This document shows positions 25,081 through 37,507 of a stretch of DNA of 64,000 nt, piece after piece. The DNA is from Marsupella aquatica. Taxonomy: Eukaryota; Plantae; Marchantiophyta. Every line of letters begins with the position of its first letter. Position 1 is the first letter of the stretch. Position numbers and translations under genes: made by a program. A model generated the notes under the pieces. That model had not been told where the DNA came from, ran no database searches, and was given only the letters and a program-made list of their open reading frames with translations. Location: contig OZ316897.1 of assembly GCA_973895155.1 (NCBI GenBank), positions 10,625,832 to 10,689,831 on the forward strand, in the 5' to 3' direction.

Positions 25081-27562
25081 TTTGGAGGATTTCCACACCT
25101 AAGGATGAGTATGTTTGATTTAGCTCCTGGAAGTGTACTTTTTGATCAAGTCTACCGACTGGTCTCTCCGTTTTTGATCAAGTCCAAGGGACTGGCCCTA
25201 CCATCTACAACTCGTGCCCACTGGGTGAGTGCAGTCACCACCCCCCTCTCGTGGGCAAGCATACAAGCGTTTACAATAAGATTTGAACACTAGTGACAAG
25301 GGCAAATATTTCTACAACGAAACCGACCACATGCACTAGGGGAGGAAAACAAACAACACAAACAACACAAACAACAACAAGTGACACACAAAATATTGGA
25401 ACCTCAAGCCAAATCCATATCTCTTGGTGTTTCCTGTAACACATGCAAGGACAACCCGGCCTCCTGCCGTCTGCCCAACTCCTGCCTCCCGGGGACAAGT
25501 GCTACGTTCTCCACCTCACTACTCTGGCTTGAACTTCTCCTAATCGGTGCGCTACTCACAAAAGCTACTCAAAAGCATCCAAGCACTATGCTGAGTTCCC
25601 CCCTCATTCACTACGGGGCTTCCCCCTAAATACTGGAAACAAACACACCAAAGCACCCCTCACGGGGTCACAAAGGTGGCGGCTACCCTAGCTGCGCCAC
25701 TAAAAACCCTTCACGAAGAAATCCCTAATCCTAAAGCATGCAGCACACACATGCTCCTAAAACCCTAATTTAACTATGGGACCGACTGTGCCTTCGACGG
25801 CGCCCCCCAACATCGCTACGTAAACTGTGAAAATGCAAGGAACCCCACAATTGCCAAAACTAGGTGCCACTCTGATTGCACCCCTAAGCTCACCCCTGGG
25901 TAGCCCTGCTCCCCCTGATCATGAATCATGAAACCGCTCCTGAAACGGACGTCGACGACCAAGTTATGGTCGTTTTAGTTTCACATACTTACCAACTTAG
26001 TCGGGCCCTAACTTACTCATCCTGGCTCCGTTTGAGGAGCGCCGCCTCTTGTTGGAATCAGCTCCGCGAGCTCTTTCCAACAAGCCTATGAGTGCCTACT
26101 TCCAAAAAGTTTCAAAAGCAAGAGGTCGTACGACCAAGTCCGTACGGCTACCCTAGTCTCCTCCTCCTCACTCACGGTGCCCTGGCTTGAGCCCCATGAG
26201 TTGGTCTCCTCATCACTCTCATCTGGAGTGAATACCCCTCCGCTAAAAAGGACTCACTTGAGTCCACCACCTCCTATCCTATTTATCTACCCTGCCTACC
26301 AGCCTCAATCCTCCTGATCGCCACCACCGGTCCGCCGTAAAAGGAGGGGGCCCCGACAATTGTCGAAACTAAAATTTTCTCAGAATTCACTTTTGAAAAC
26401 ATATCTGAGGAGCCCTCCTCTTCCTGATCACGGCTCCGTAAACGGTGCACAAAACGGAGGTCAAACGGCCAAGATATGGTCGTTTAAGTTTTCACGGGGC
26501 ACCGTCTCCCTCTATTTTTTCCGTACAACACCAGGGGGCTTCGGCTTTGCAAAACACGGATCACGGGTTCCCCGTATGTGCTGCTACCTCCTCCTTCCCT
26601 TGCAAAGCTGGGACCTCCTGCCGTACGGACGTCCGTACGGTCTTAGCTCCGTTTCGGCCATGTTGGATTCAGCTCGGCGAGATCTTTCCAACAAGCCCAT
26701 AGACTCCTGATTTTGAGATGGTCAAAAATCTGATGTTCGTACAACCAAGGTCCGTACACATGTTGAAAGCAAGCACAAGAGGGAAAGGGTTTAGGGTTTA
26801 GGTATGGGTGGAAACCCCATAAGTGAGAATAGAGAAAAAGGGAAGGAAGAAAATGTGAGGGCCCCTTCTATGGATGTGTTCTTCTACGGAGTGCCCCTTC
26901 TACGGAGTGGTTCTTCTACGGAGTGCCCTTCTACGGAGTGGGGAAGGGAAAGAGAGAAAAAACTATGTGACGACCACACAAAGTGTGAAGGGGAACATAA
27001 GTGTGTGAACCCCTTCCTTCTAAGGGCCCTCCCACCATCACTACTCCAAGATTGCCTAGTTTGCCGTTTTAAATCTCCATGAGGTCCCTCGAGATGTCAC
27101 TGTTTGATATAGACCTAAAATAAACTAGAGAACCTCAGTTTCGCATGGGGCTCATTGAGGGCTTCAAAATGAATCCAAACATGACCATGTTTGGAATAGT
27201 ACTAGCGCAGCAACATCTGTTTTAAGTTTCAATGTTTTTTATATTTTGGTCATTCTTCCCGTTTTGCGCCCTACGTGGAGCCTCCGACCAGCCCCCACCC
27301 CTCCAAGATGCCCACACCTTGGCTCCAAGTCCTTGGGCTGCCTTGTGGCCTCCTTGTACCCCCTCAATGGTTCCCTTGTCATCCATCACCGCCCAACACC
27401 CTTCTCAACTCCGGCCTCCGGTTGTCGCATCCATTTATTAGAACTAACAAAAATAAAAAATTTGAAAATCCAAACACTTTTACTACACCTACTTGTCTTT
27501 CTATTTATATACGCAATTATAAATCATCACTAAGTTACTACCGGGTTTGGGGCCCTGTCACA
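25081..27562 (-). mobile_element. Long solo LTR (about 2.5 kb), probably Ty3/Gypsy
   Basis: Minus-strand start TGTGACAGGGCCCC at 27562. Flanks CGCTA/CACTA (one mismatch) and an imperfect left terminus. Internal repeats (GTTGGA.TCAGCTC...TCTTTCCAACAAGCC twice; CTTCTACGGAGTG three times). No coding signature. Confidence 0.6.
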
Positions 27563-28039
27563 CACTACCCCACAGCCGGGAACTTCCAATGGCGGAAGAA
27601 AACCAAAGAACTGAAGCCATAAAGGACGGAAAACTTTCAACATTGATTGACAATTCTTGAAAAACATTGGCTGGTAGACGAGGCAACGAGATACTGCAGG
27701 GAAAGAGATACTGCAGGGAAAGAGATACTGCAGGTGGCCGAGTCTAGGCCATTGGCGCCAGCCCTTGATCTAGATATGGCGAATGGCAAGGATTTTCCCA
27801 AATTTTGCCCAGTATCATCGCCAGCTCGTTGTCCAGATTGGTCTTGGCGAATATTGGCCACAAAAAATCAGCCCATCACAGTCCAGTAAAATTGTTTCTT
27901 GGACATGTTTTAACTCACTTGGCTATTAAGACATAGTTTTTACCCCCCTTTGCATAGTATAAACTAAATACAACACTAAGTAGCACCACCTTATTGGATA
28001 GAGTGCTCCCTTGGTACACATTTTAGTGGTCCATGTGAG

Positions 28040-28150
28040 TTTTGGGCTTATGAATTGATGTTTATGAAGTTTAATTATTATTTTTGGGCTTATGAATTGA
28101 TGTTTATGAAGTTTAATTATTATTTTTGGGCTTATATCTTGATGTTTATG
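28040..28150. repeat. AT-rich tandem repeat, about 42 bp, 2.5 copies
   Basis: TTTTGGGCTTATGAATTGATGTTTATGAAGTTTAATTATTA repeated. Confidence 0.85.
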
Positions 28151-29999
28151 ATTTTAAAATAAATTTTGATTTTCACCTGCAAGGGAACTAGATAAGGCAA
28201 GCACGTAACAAAACACAATCTATAATATTTAATATTAGCACAATGAAAATCTAAGCCAAATGTACCCTCCACATTCCATGATGAATAATTCAACCAAAAT
28301 GATCAAAACTTTGATGGAAGTTTTAGTTTACCTACTCTAGCACATTCTCAAAACTAAAAAATATTTGAGTTTAGAAGCTTCAAATTATTACAATTAAACT
28401 CAAATTTTGTGAGATGTGGTCCATGGGGGTTTCAAAAGACAAACTTTGTGGTTCATGAGAGCATCATTTCCCTTGTTTACTGAAAGCAAAATGACAAATA
28501 TATGTTATATAAATAGCCATCATAAGCAGTCATTGGTCATGGAGTGGTTTGATTACTTGCAGCCCAATCGGACAAGTGAAGAAAAATTTATGTGAGATTA
28601 GTTGCATCCCTTGCCCTTGAAATTCCTGAAGTTGTATTGTGAGGACTGGGTGATGAGATAGGTGAGCCACTAAAGTCTCTTGTACTAAAAAGTTACCATG
28701 AGTACACTTTAAGGGCCGATATTTTGGAGACCACCACTTGCAAAATGGCCCTTACAATGAGCATCCCTGAGCCCCAACTTATCTACAAAGCTTATCATGG
28801 TTGGTGAGCCCCAACTTATCTACAAAGCTTATCATGGTTGGTGATATTAACACTAAATTGTGTAGCTCTCTCACATTTGAATCCTAGTAGTAATAGTCTT
28901 TCTAATCAAACTACTATAATACCCAATCCCGCTCTTTTTGTAGTATCGTCAGTTTACAAAATGAGTTTGGGCGGGAATCATCAGAGGCCATTCGATCCAC
29001 TGGTGTTTATTCCCAACCATTTGATAAAAAAACAGACCCCCTCTATACATCCTCCCTCTTTGCTAAGAAGGACAAATCCTGCCATGGAAAGGTGAGTATA
29101 GTACCTCACCTCCATCCTTGAGAGGACTGTGTACCCTTTTATCACACTTAGCTTGCTTTCCTATGACCTTGATAATCATGAGAGGACTGTGTACCCTTTG
29201 GCATACTTAGCTCGCTTTCCTATGACCTTGATAATCATGTTGCCTCAAGTGTTGTGCAACAAGTACACTCCTCATTTCTTTATCACTTTGTCTACTATTT
29301 ATTTTCACTATGTTTTCTTCTTAAGATTGGTAACCAGTAGTGTGTCTATGAGTGTTTGTTTTCACTCTATTTTTTTGTAAGGATTGATTTTGGGAAAGAA
29401 TGGGGGAAAGACACATGGTGAAACTCTCCAACACCACATGTCAAGGTAACCAATAGTCTTATTCTAGATCCTTTAAATTTTCTTTCTAACAATCTTGACA
29501 ACTTCAATTTTTATTTAAGACAGGACACATGGCTAAGTTCCTCCAACAAAAGATGCAACTCAACTTTCTCGGGAAGCTAGGTAGCTTTTTGTTTCTGATG
29601 GTCTCAAATTGTTTTTAGCCTATAAACATAGGGTGTTTAGGGTTGGTTATTGTCTATTCATCCTAGCCCGTCCCACATTGCATTTACATTGGAGGGGTGG
29701 CCGGGGGGATTGAATTTCATGGATCATCTGCCATGCTCTCGCTTTGCATTGGGTTGGCCCACCATTCAATTGTTTCTTGCATTTTTTAGACATTTATATA
29801 TGGGCTCATTCATTTTATGTCTCCCTCCTCTGTTTCCTATGGGTTATTTTCCTTCCACATTAACCAAACTTCTGCCCTTTGGTGCCTGGTTGGGTTCGAC
29901 CTCTGGGCTCCCCCCCGGGGCTTTTGTCCCCGGTTGTGCTCCAGCCCCACCTTTTTGAAAAGAAAAGATTATAAAATCAAACTTCTGCCCTAGCCACAA

Positions 30000-30711
30000 T
30001 CTACATATATTTTGCTATTTTCTTATGATCTCATCAACAACATGGACCCAAAAGCAAGATTTGGATCACTACAACAACATTTTCAAATAAGAACACTTCA
30101 GTGCATCACCACTTTTGCTCAAAAAAGATTTTCACTCAACTTTATTTCTCAGCAAATTTGTGTTTAATGGTACTTTTAAATCTACTACTCAACTACAATC
30201 TTTGTGCAACCACAACGCCTTCTCTTGAAAACACTTTTGCTTTGAAAACATCTTCACTCAACCACACTTTCTCTCATCTTGACATCTACACTTTCCTCAA
30301 CATCTTTGCCTCACCTTGACATCTTTCCCTTGCCTTGATAACTTGCCCTTTCCTCAACATCTTTCCCTCTGCTTGACATCTTTGCCTCTGCTTGACATCT
30401 TGCCCTCACTATGACATCTTTGCCTCACCTTGACATCTTTCCTCACCTCAACATTTTTCCCTCACCTCAACATCTTGCCCTGTCCTTGACATTTTGCCCT
30501 TGCCTCAAACTCTTTCCATCCTGTCCCTGTCTTTGCCTCTCCTTGACATCTTTCCCTCACCTCGACATCCTTGCCTCTCCTCGACATCTTGCACTTGCCT
30601 CAAATCTTGCCTTCACCTTGACATCTTGCCCTTACCTCAACGTCTTTCCCTTGCCTCGACGTCTTGCCTTCACCTTGGAATCTTTTGTGCAACACACATG
30701 CATCGGGCCAG
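30000..30711 (+). mobile_element. Non-autonomous Helitron with the same minisatellite 3' module
   Basis: A|TCTACATATA start at 30000. The 3' end TGTGCAACACACATGCATCGGGCCAG|T matches the 6185 end. CTTGACATCTT minisatellite at 30275-30680. Confidence 0.65.
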
Positions 30712-31369
30712 TACTCCATAATAAGAGTAATTGCAAGTGATTCAATTATTTACCGTTTATGGAATCAACTCACATTATTTGGGGCGAGGTGGTTGATACC
30801 AAAAATATTTTTGCATTAGGACTCAGGTTGGCTCAAATCTGCACACACCCCCTACTTGCACCAACTCTCACCACATGTTTCTCCGCTTGCAGCTATTTTC
30901 CTGGTTCCATGTGTTTTTCCTCATAGTGGGGGTCAAATCCTCCCACTCCCAGTGGCCAGACACATGTTCCTTGGTGGACCTGGGCACCCACTTGGGGGGT
31001 TTTTCATAATGTCTTTTGCCTATACAATATAGAGCAATAAATGTTGGAGTTCGATTTGCTCCAAGGGTCTGGTACTCCTCTGCCCCTAGCCATGAAACCT
31101 TGCTCTGACCTCTTGGTTTCATGGACGAAGTGCTACCTCACCCCTTTCCCCAAAATAATCAGCACCACCATGTTTTTAGTATTGGCAGAAGTTGGGTAGT
31201 GTAGGTTCCACCTATCTGAAAAGTCCTGTCTTTGCCACTTTAGGCCAAACTTTGCTAGATTTCTCTTCTAGTAGAGCCAACTTGCATCTAGCAGCCCTAC
31301 AGAATGCGGCCGTAGCACCCTCAAAACTATTTGGGAAAAAAGAAATCTCATTTGACAGTATTTGCTGCA

Positions 31370-34300
31370 TGTTGAGGAATGATGTGGGAAATGATAATGA
31401 GATTCCTCTCTATAGAATGAATGGGTGCATCTCTATATATAGTCTCCGTCCGAGTTATCCTATATGGTGACTATGGTTAAGGTAACCATGGAGTCTAGTT
31501 AGGGTATAACACTCCCCCTTGGCTATATAGTGATAACTATGTAGACAAAAAGTCTTCTAACTAGATTATCATGCTTATAAACATGGGATGATTTGAGTAC
31601 AAATGAGGAAGGTACTGCCTCGTTAAAACCTTTAACAGCTCTAAAAAACTCTATCAGGGTAACAGAGAAAAAAAATATCTCGGCTCTAAAGGAAAAACAG
31701 TACAGCCCTGTCGGTCCTCAAGTGAATCTGGTGGTATGTGGAGTTAACAGCAACAACTCCACTCCGTCAAAATGAACAAGTTGTCGTATGCTCAATGACT
31801 CAACAACAACGTGACATGTCTCCAAATCGCTCACCATCGCATATACATCCGCACATACATCCTCGCATCGAATACAAATTAAAACATATATGAAAAAATG
31901 ATTAGTAATTAAGTTATTATCATAAAATCACTTGTCCGTGGCTCATCTGCGCAAAGTGTCAAGTATAATAATAAATAATGTCATCTCGTGCAACTGAGTG
32001 CGTAAAGTATGGGATGTAAAAAGTCCAAAAAATATGATCTCCCCTTCAAAACAAGGTTTTGAGGAATATATTATTCTCGTAAAACTCAAATATCTAAACT
32101 CTCCCTTAGAGTTCAAGGACTCCTAATTAGATTCTTAAATAGAGGGTTCTTGTGCAAAATGCACAATTCGCAAGCGTGTGTAGTCGACACACAAAGAAAT
32201 CTCTCAATCTTAGATTTCAAAAACATGTAGTATCAAATAGTTTTTATATGAAAAATAACCTGCAGCACCAAAGGGTGTGCATTCACAACACCAGCGGGTG
32301 TGTGTATAATATGACACGTCTGCCCTGCACGTCTGCAGTTCTCATATTTTGACAAAGAGTGTCAAGTCAATATAACTTCACAAATAACCCTGTGGAGTCC
32401 AAACATTCAGTCGAACGTCCATGTGTGTCATAGCGCAGAAAAATGCTAGCTCAAAATGATTCGCTATCTTGCGGAGGTAAAGTGATATTCATAAACGTCA
32501 AACAACTCCGCATAAAAATAGTTTAGAGCTAGTGATAGTCAAAAGATCCCACTTAATGACCAAGTACCAAAATGTACTCGTAGTGGGTAAATCAAGTGTG
32601 ATTGGGGTTTGAGAAAATAAACTTTCTCCCCCTAAATATGCATTTTATGCATATATTATAGTTGAAAGCTAGAATTAAGTTGGACCGGACAAATTTATTG
32701 GGTTTGCCTATATTAACCCCTCATTACTCATTCTGATTTGAGTTTACTTTGGGTTTCTAAATATTCGCAGTTAAACCCCTAAAGGGTTATTGATTATCCG
32801 CTTTTGGATATGGCTGGAAACTAAGGTCATGGAACTAACCTGAAGTACTGTACCTTAGCTTATTCTGGATCTTTCGTGAGAGACATATCTGCCATCGATC
32901 ACTGGATCTCAGAAAATCTATACCTTACCAAAATACCTCAAAAACTAGGTCATAGAGCATGGTTAAAGGTATGGTATTAGTTCCGTACTTAAAAACTATC
33001 ATCCCACCGAACGATGGCTATAAAAGCTCTCGTTTGAGTTGTTTATGGTGTAAAGACCATGAGGATAAGGCCCTTAAGTAAGATATTTCCCTAATGTAGG
33101 GTAAGCCCATGTCAATTGGTGTAAAAGTTGTAAATGGTCAATTTACACACAAAAAATGTATGGACCAAAGTTTACTCCCCCTGATGGTGTAAAGTAGGGG
33201 TGTAAAATGGTGTAAAAACCATTTTGTGATTGAAATGGGTGTAATAACCACTTTGTAAATGGAAAGTAGAGGTATTTGGTATAAAACCATTATTTCCAAT
33301 GTGCAAAGTCAAGTAAGGGTGGTATGACATGTAAATATGTCAAATGCATGTAAAGCATGTGTTGCACATGTAAGGCATGTTAATGTATGCAAATTCAACA
33401 AGTGACATGTAATTTCCCTAAACCAGTTGATGTGTTTACATGTGTAAACTGTGTAAATTGCTGTGTAAATTTGCAATGTGCACTTATCATTTTCCATTTC
33501 ATTTGTTTATCCATAAGTGCAAAACATCCGTTGTCAACAAGATTTTCTTTGTTAATATGTGCATATATGGATAATTTTTCAAAAATGAAGATTTTGCACT
33601 GAAACACATGGGATTCTCTTGTCTTTGGATAAGTGCACCCAAGCATTTGTATTTCAGAAACTCTTTACTATACTGTGCATTTAATGAGGGTTGCACTTAT
33701 CTGGTGTTCGAGTTTTTCTCGAGGATTTTGAGATCGAATGTTGCATGTTTAAGTCACTCATGTGTGTCTCTTGAAATCTCACTTGTCGCTTTGGCTCATT
33801 CTTTTGATTGCGATCATCTTCTCAGGCTCATTCTTGGACAAGCACAACATTCCATATTTAGGATTCAGAAAATGCTATCAGATCTAGACCCCACAACGAT
33901 GACTCGTTTCTTTCGCTGGATGCCATCTCCCGTACGTTCACAACCAAAGTCAAGATGTTCTTCCTCCACGAAATTTGCTTCTATCTTCTCCAATTTGATA
34001 CGACTGTATCAAATGGCTCTTATTGGAATCTTCAATGAATCAGCAAACGACCAATTCAACATCCATGTTTGGCCTCTTGTAATGCCTGTACTTCACTCGA
34101 TCGTGTGTAATGGGCATTTCCTTTCATCCTTTATGGCTCGCAGATTGACCAACAAGAAACTGTCAGCGGTTGAGAAACATTGTGAAATTCAGGGAAAGAG
34201 AAGGCGCCTGCGTTCGTCCCTTATGAGGTTAGGGTTTTGAAAAATTTTCTTATGATCCGGATCGGGTCCTGATTTGCTCTCGATCCACCCGGCTTCAACT

Positions 34301-34853
34301 CATCGCCTCGAGTGATTTAGGTTGATCTGGCCTGGTTGGGTAGAAGGAAGCAGCGCGGCTGAACTCGATGTCTCTTGCCTCAGCCATAGCTTTCCACTTG
34401 ACTCAAATCATTGCCTTGAATACTGCTTTCCCACACGATCTTCAGAATCACCCTTCAAAACAAAATTTCTTTTGATCATATCACAGCCTTCATAAGCTTG
34501 CTCTCGGCGCGACCACAATGCTACATCCTGTCGTTGCTTCAATGTGACTCATGTTCTCTTGGTGGTTCAAACTACTAGCCTTCTCACTCCCAATTCAATT
34601 CTCCTCCATAACTTGGAAATCCTTAAGAGAACATTCATTCATCATAGCCATAGGGAAATTCCTAAAAAAAATTCATGATCAAGCTCAGTTGGTCTAGAGT
34701 CGTGCTGATAACGTGTTGAGGAATGATGTGGGAAATGATAATGAGATTCCTCTCTATAGAATGAATGGGTGCATCTCTATATATAGTCTCCGTCCGAGTT
34801 ATCCTACGGTAACTATGGTTAAGGTAACCATGGAGTCTAGTTAGGGTATAACA
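31370..34853 (-). mobile_element. Non-autonomous LTR retrotransposon with short LTRs (3.5 kb), primer site matching the tRNA-Ile 5' half
   Basis: LTRs 31370-31511 and 34714-34853 differ by 2 substitutions and a 2-bp indel. TGTT...AACA termini, CTGCA TSD, PPT CTCCCCCT at 31512 and PBS at 34682-34713. No recognisable gag-pol. Confidence 0.92.
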
Positions 34854-35529
34854 CTGCAATCTTTCAATACACTGTCTTTTTTGTTTTGTTCCAAGGCGGA
34901 GTTTGGGACATCAAGGGAAGTTTGCCTTTGCCCTTGGGTCTCCACCTTTACTAGTGTCTTATCACAGGAAAATCTCACCAAATGGTATCATGACACCAAT
35001 TATTTTGAGTACTACAAACCACCTTTACTAGTGTCTTATGACAGGAAAATCTCACCTAATAAATGGTATGATGACATCAATTATTCTGAGGACTACAAAA
35101 CAAACGGTCCATGGCATAAGAGTTGGCTCTTTATAGCCACTTTCCCACCCAGCCTATGACCCCATTGACCAGAATCTGAGGGAGATCTAACGGACAGAAA
35201 CTAGTCTAGTACAAATAGATGAAGAACATTACTAATATATTCTCCTTCTAGTGCGAAATGGAAAACTCCCTATATATTTAGCTGATGTCACCAAAAAGGC
35301 TGTTGCCTTTTCATGCGCCGCCTTGCTTCCCTGGTCCAGCCCATTTAGTTGACTGATATACGCCTATACTACTGCTCCATTGTGCCACCATTCCAGCTGT
35401 CAGTACGTTGACTTGCCTAAATACCGGGGAAAAAACAATAAGCCCTCCCCAAACAGGGTAAGCTCGGTTTGTGCCAAACGAAAGTATGCATTTCGTGTCT
35501 GGAGAAAGACCCCGCACTGTTTGTCTCTT

Positions 35530-35760
35530 GTCGACTGTGCCGTCTGCAATCTGCCAAAGTGGGTGACTGGGTCCCATAATAGACGGCGGGGATATCGGGA
35601 AAAGCAGAAGTGCATCTCAGAGCCTTTAGATTACTGATAGAGGTTTTGTCGTATATCGACTGCGCCGTCTGTGGTCGGCCACTCGAGGTGACTGGGCCCC
35701 ACATTACGGAAGCACTACAATCGACTGTGGAGCATTCATTTCAGAGCCTTTAGATCACAA
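35530..35760. repeat. Diverged ~125-bp duplication upstream of the LRR-RLK
   Basis: TCGACTG(T/C)GCCGTCTG...GTGACTGGG...TCAGAGCCTTTAGAT occurs twice. Confidence 0.7.
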
Positions 35761-37507
35761 AGCATTGACTGTGAGACTGAATCACTGAATCTGAGCGCTT
35801 CTCGAAAGCGGACAAATCCGGCTTGGGAGAGGTGCAGACAGGACGGGGCCCGTTTGGGGATGTGCGTGTCGACTGTACAGTGGGGAGGAGACTCCCTTTC
35901 ACTGCTTTCTTCAGCTCTTCAGCAGAAAAGAGGACTCGAAGAGTCCAGGGACTGTTTTTCCGTCAATCTTATCACTGTGTGATTTTTTAATTGAAGTTGT
36001 GGGAAGTTGGGAACACGCTTTCACATCGTACAGTGCATTTCTCGTCACTTTCTCGATGCTCGCGAGGGGCTTTTAGACCTCCCAATCCATCTCCTTTCTT
36101 TTGAGATTCTCAAGGAAAAGATTTGGGTCACTTTCGAGGGGGTGGTAGCGATTGCTCTTGGCTTTCATTCTGAGGACTAGATGGGGATGGATAGCAGTGG
36201 CACCCGAGCTCAGAACGCACAACTTCGATTGGGCATCCACTGACGGTGGAGACGGTGGACCGGAGAAACGTGTTCCAAGTCATCTGAAGGTATGGATTTC
36301 ACTGAGTTAGAGCAGTTGTTTGTACAGACTTATAATCCGTTGGGATTGTGGGATGGTCTAATTTGGTCAGTTGATCGGACCGTGTCCGAAGACTTTTTTG
36401 TATCTTCTATTCTGTGCTGTTAGAGGTGCCATCCATTCTTCTGATTATCGCGTCAGACAAGGTGCGAGGGATTGACTGGAAATTTACCACTCGTGTTAAA
36501 CATTTATGCTTCTGAGTTCCAGCTTGGGATGTGGATTGTGAGGAGTCATCCTTCTAAATGTTCTGAAACCCTATACATGGGACTGCATATGTGTACATTA
36601 AGAGCCGGGGGGCCGGACAAGTGCAAATGATAAAACAACCTTTACTGTAGGGCCGAGCCATATGGGAAAGCTTGCACATTTGGTTACATTGATGTTCATT
36701 TTCTTAGTGCTATGAAGCCCACACCACCCTCCAGACTTTCCTTTTTGAGAAGCGAAGAGTTGAGGTGAAGAGCTATGGATTTCTACTAACTCGATAGTGT
36801 CGTCCGTGTCAAAAGCCTGGGTTGATAGGTCAGTCCCCTTGACATTGGACGCTGTCCTGGATTATTGTGATGTGTACTCTGTGACCGTGGCGACCAGATG
36901 GGATTCTTCGACACTCCTTATAGTTAGGGGAAATGTGATGCTTCGATTATTGAGTAGATAATCTTTCCTCTGGAACTGCTGACAAATATCTGTCAGGGAG
37001 GGCTTGCCATAAATTTTGTCATAGGAGACCTACTCAAGTGCGTGGAACTTTACGGGTAGTCGTGTGCAGTCAAACTTTCGCATATACACTAATCTTTCCG
37101 GGACTTAATGTACGGTGTTGGCTGCTCTGTCCGGGGAATATTTGGTATTGGATGATATACCATGAAGGCAATCGGAGCTCAGTAAGCGCTTGAAGGTTGC
37201 ACTGCCTCACAATCCAAAGTTCTAAAGTCCGTAGTTCTAAGTCCGTACGTTTGTGACTTTGCAGATGTGCGCCGGAGCTAGCTTATGTTAGGTTGGGAGC
37301 GCCACCATTCACACTCTAGGCATCTTGTAGATTCAGATCCGATTTACTGCCCATCACCAAGAAAATCGGATGTAGATAGTCCTTGCCAAATGATTCAGGT
37401 CTCAATCATGGCGGAGTATCTTCAAGCGGCGGTGATTCGATGGGAGCGAACAAAGGCATTTTAATTCTGGATCTGTTTACTTGAAGGGCTGAGCCGTCGC
37501 TGTCTGC

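Noticed and set aside
26787-26802. Telomere-like GGGTTTAGGGTTTAGG
   Set aside because: Only two units, inside an LTR, where such telo-box motifs are common.
34682-34713. tRNA-Ile gene
   Set aside because: Only the 5' half is present and it abuts the LTR, so it is a primer-binding site.
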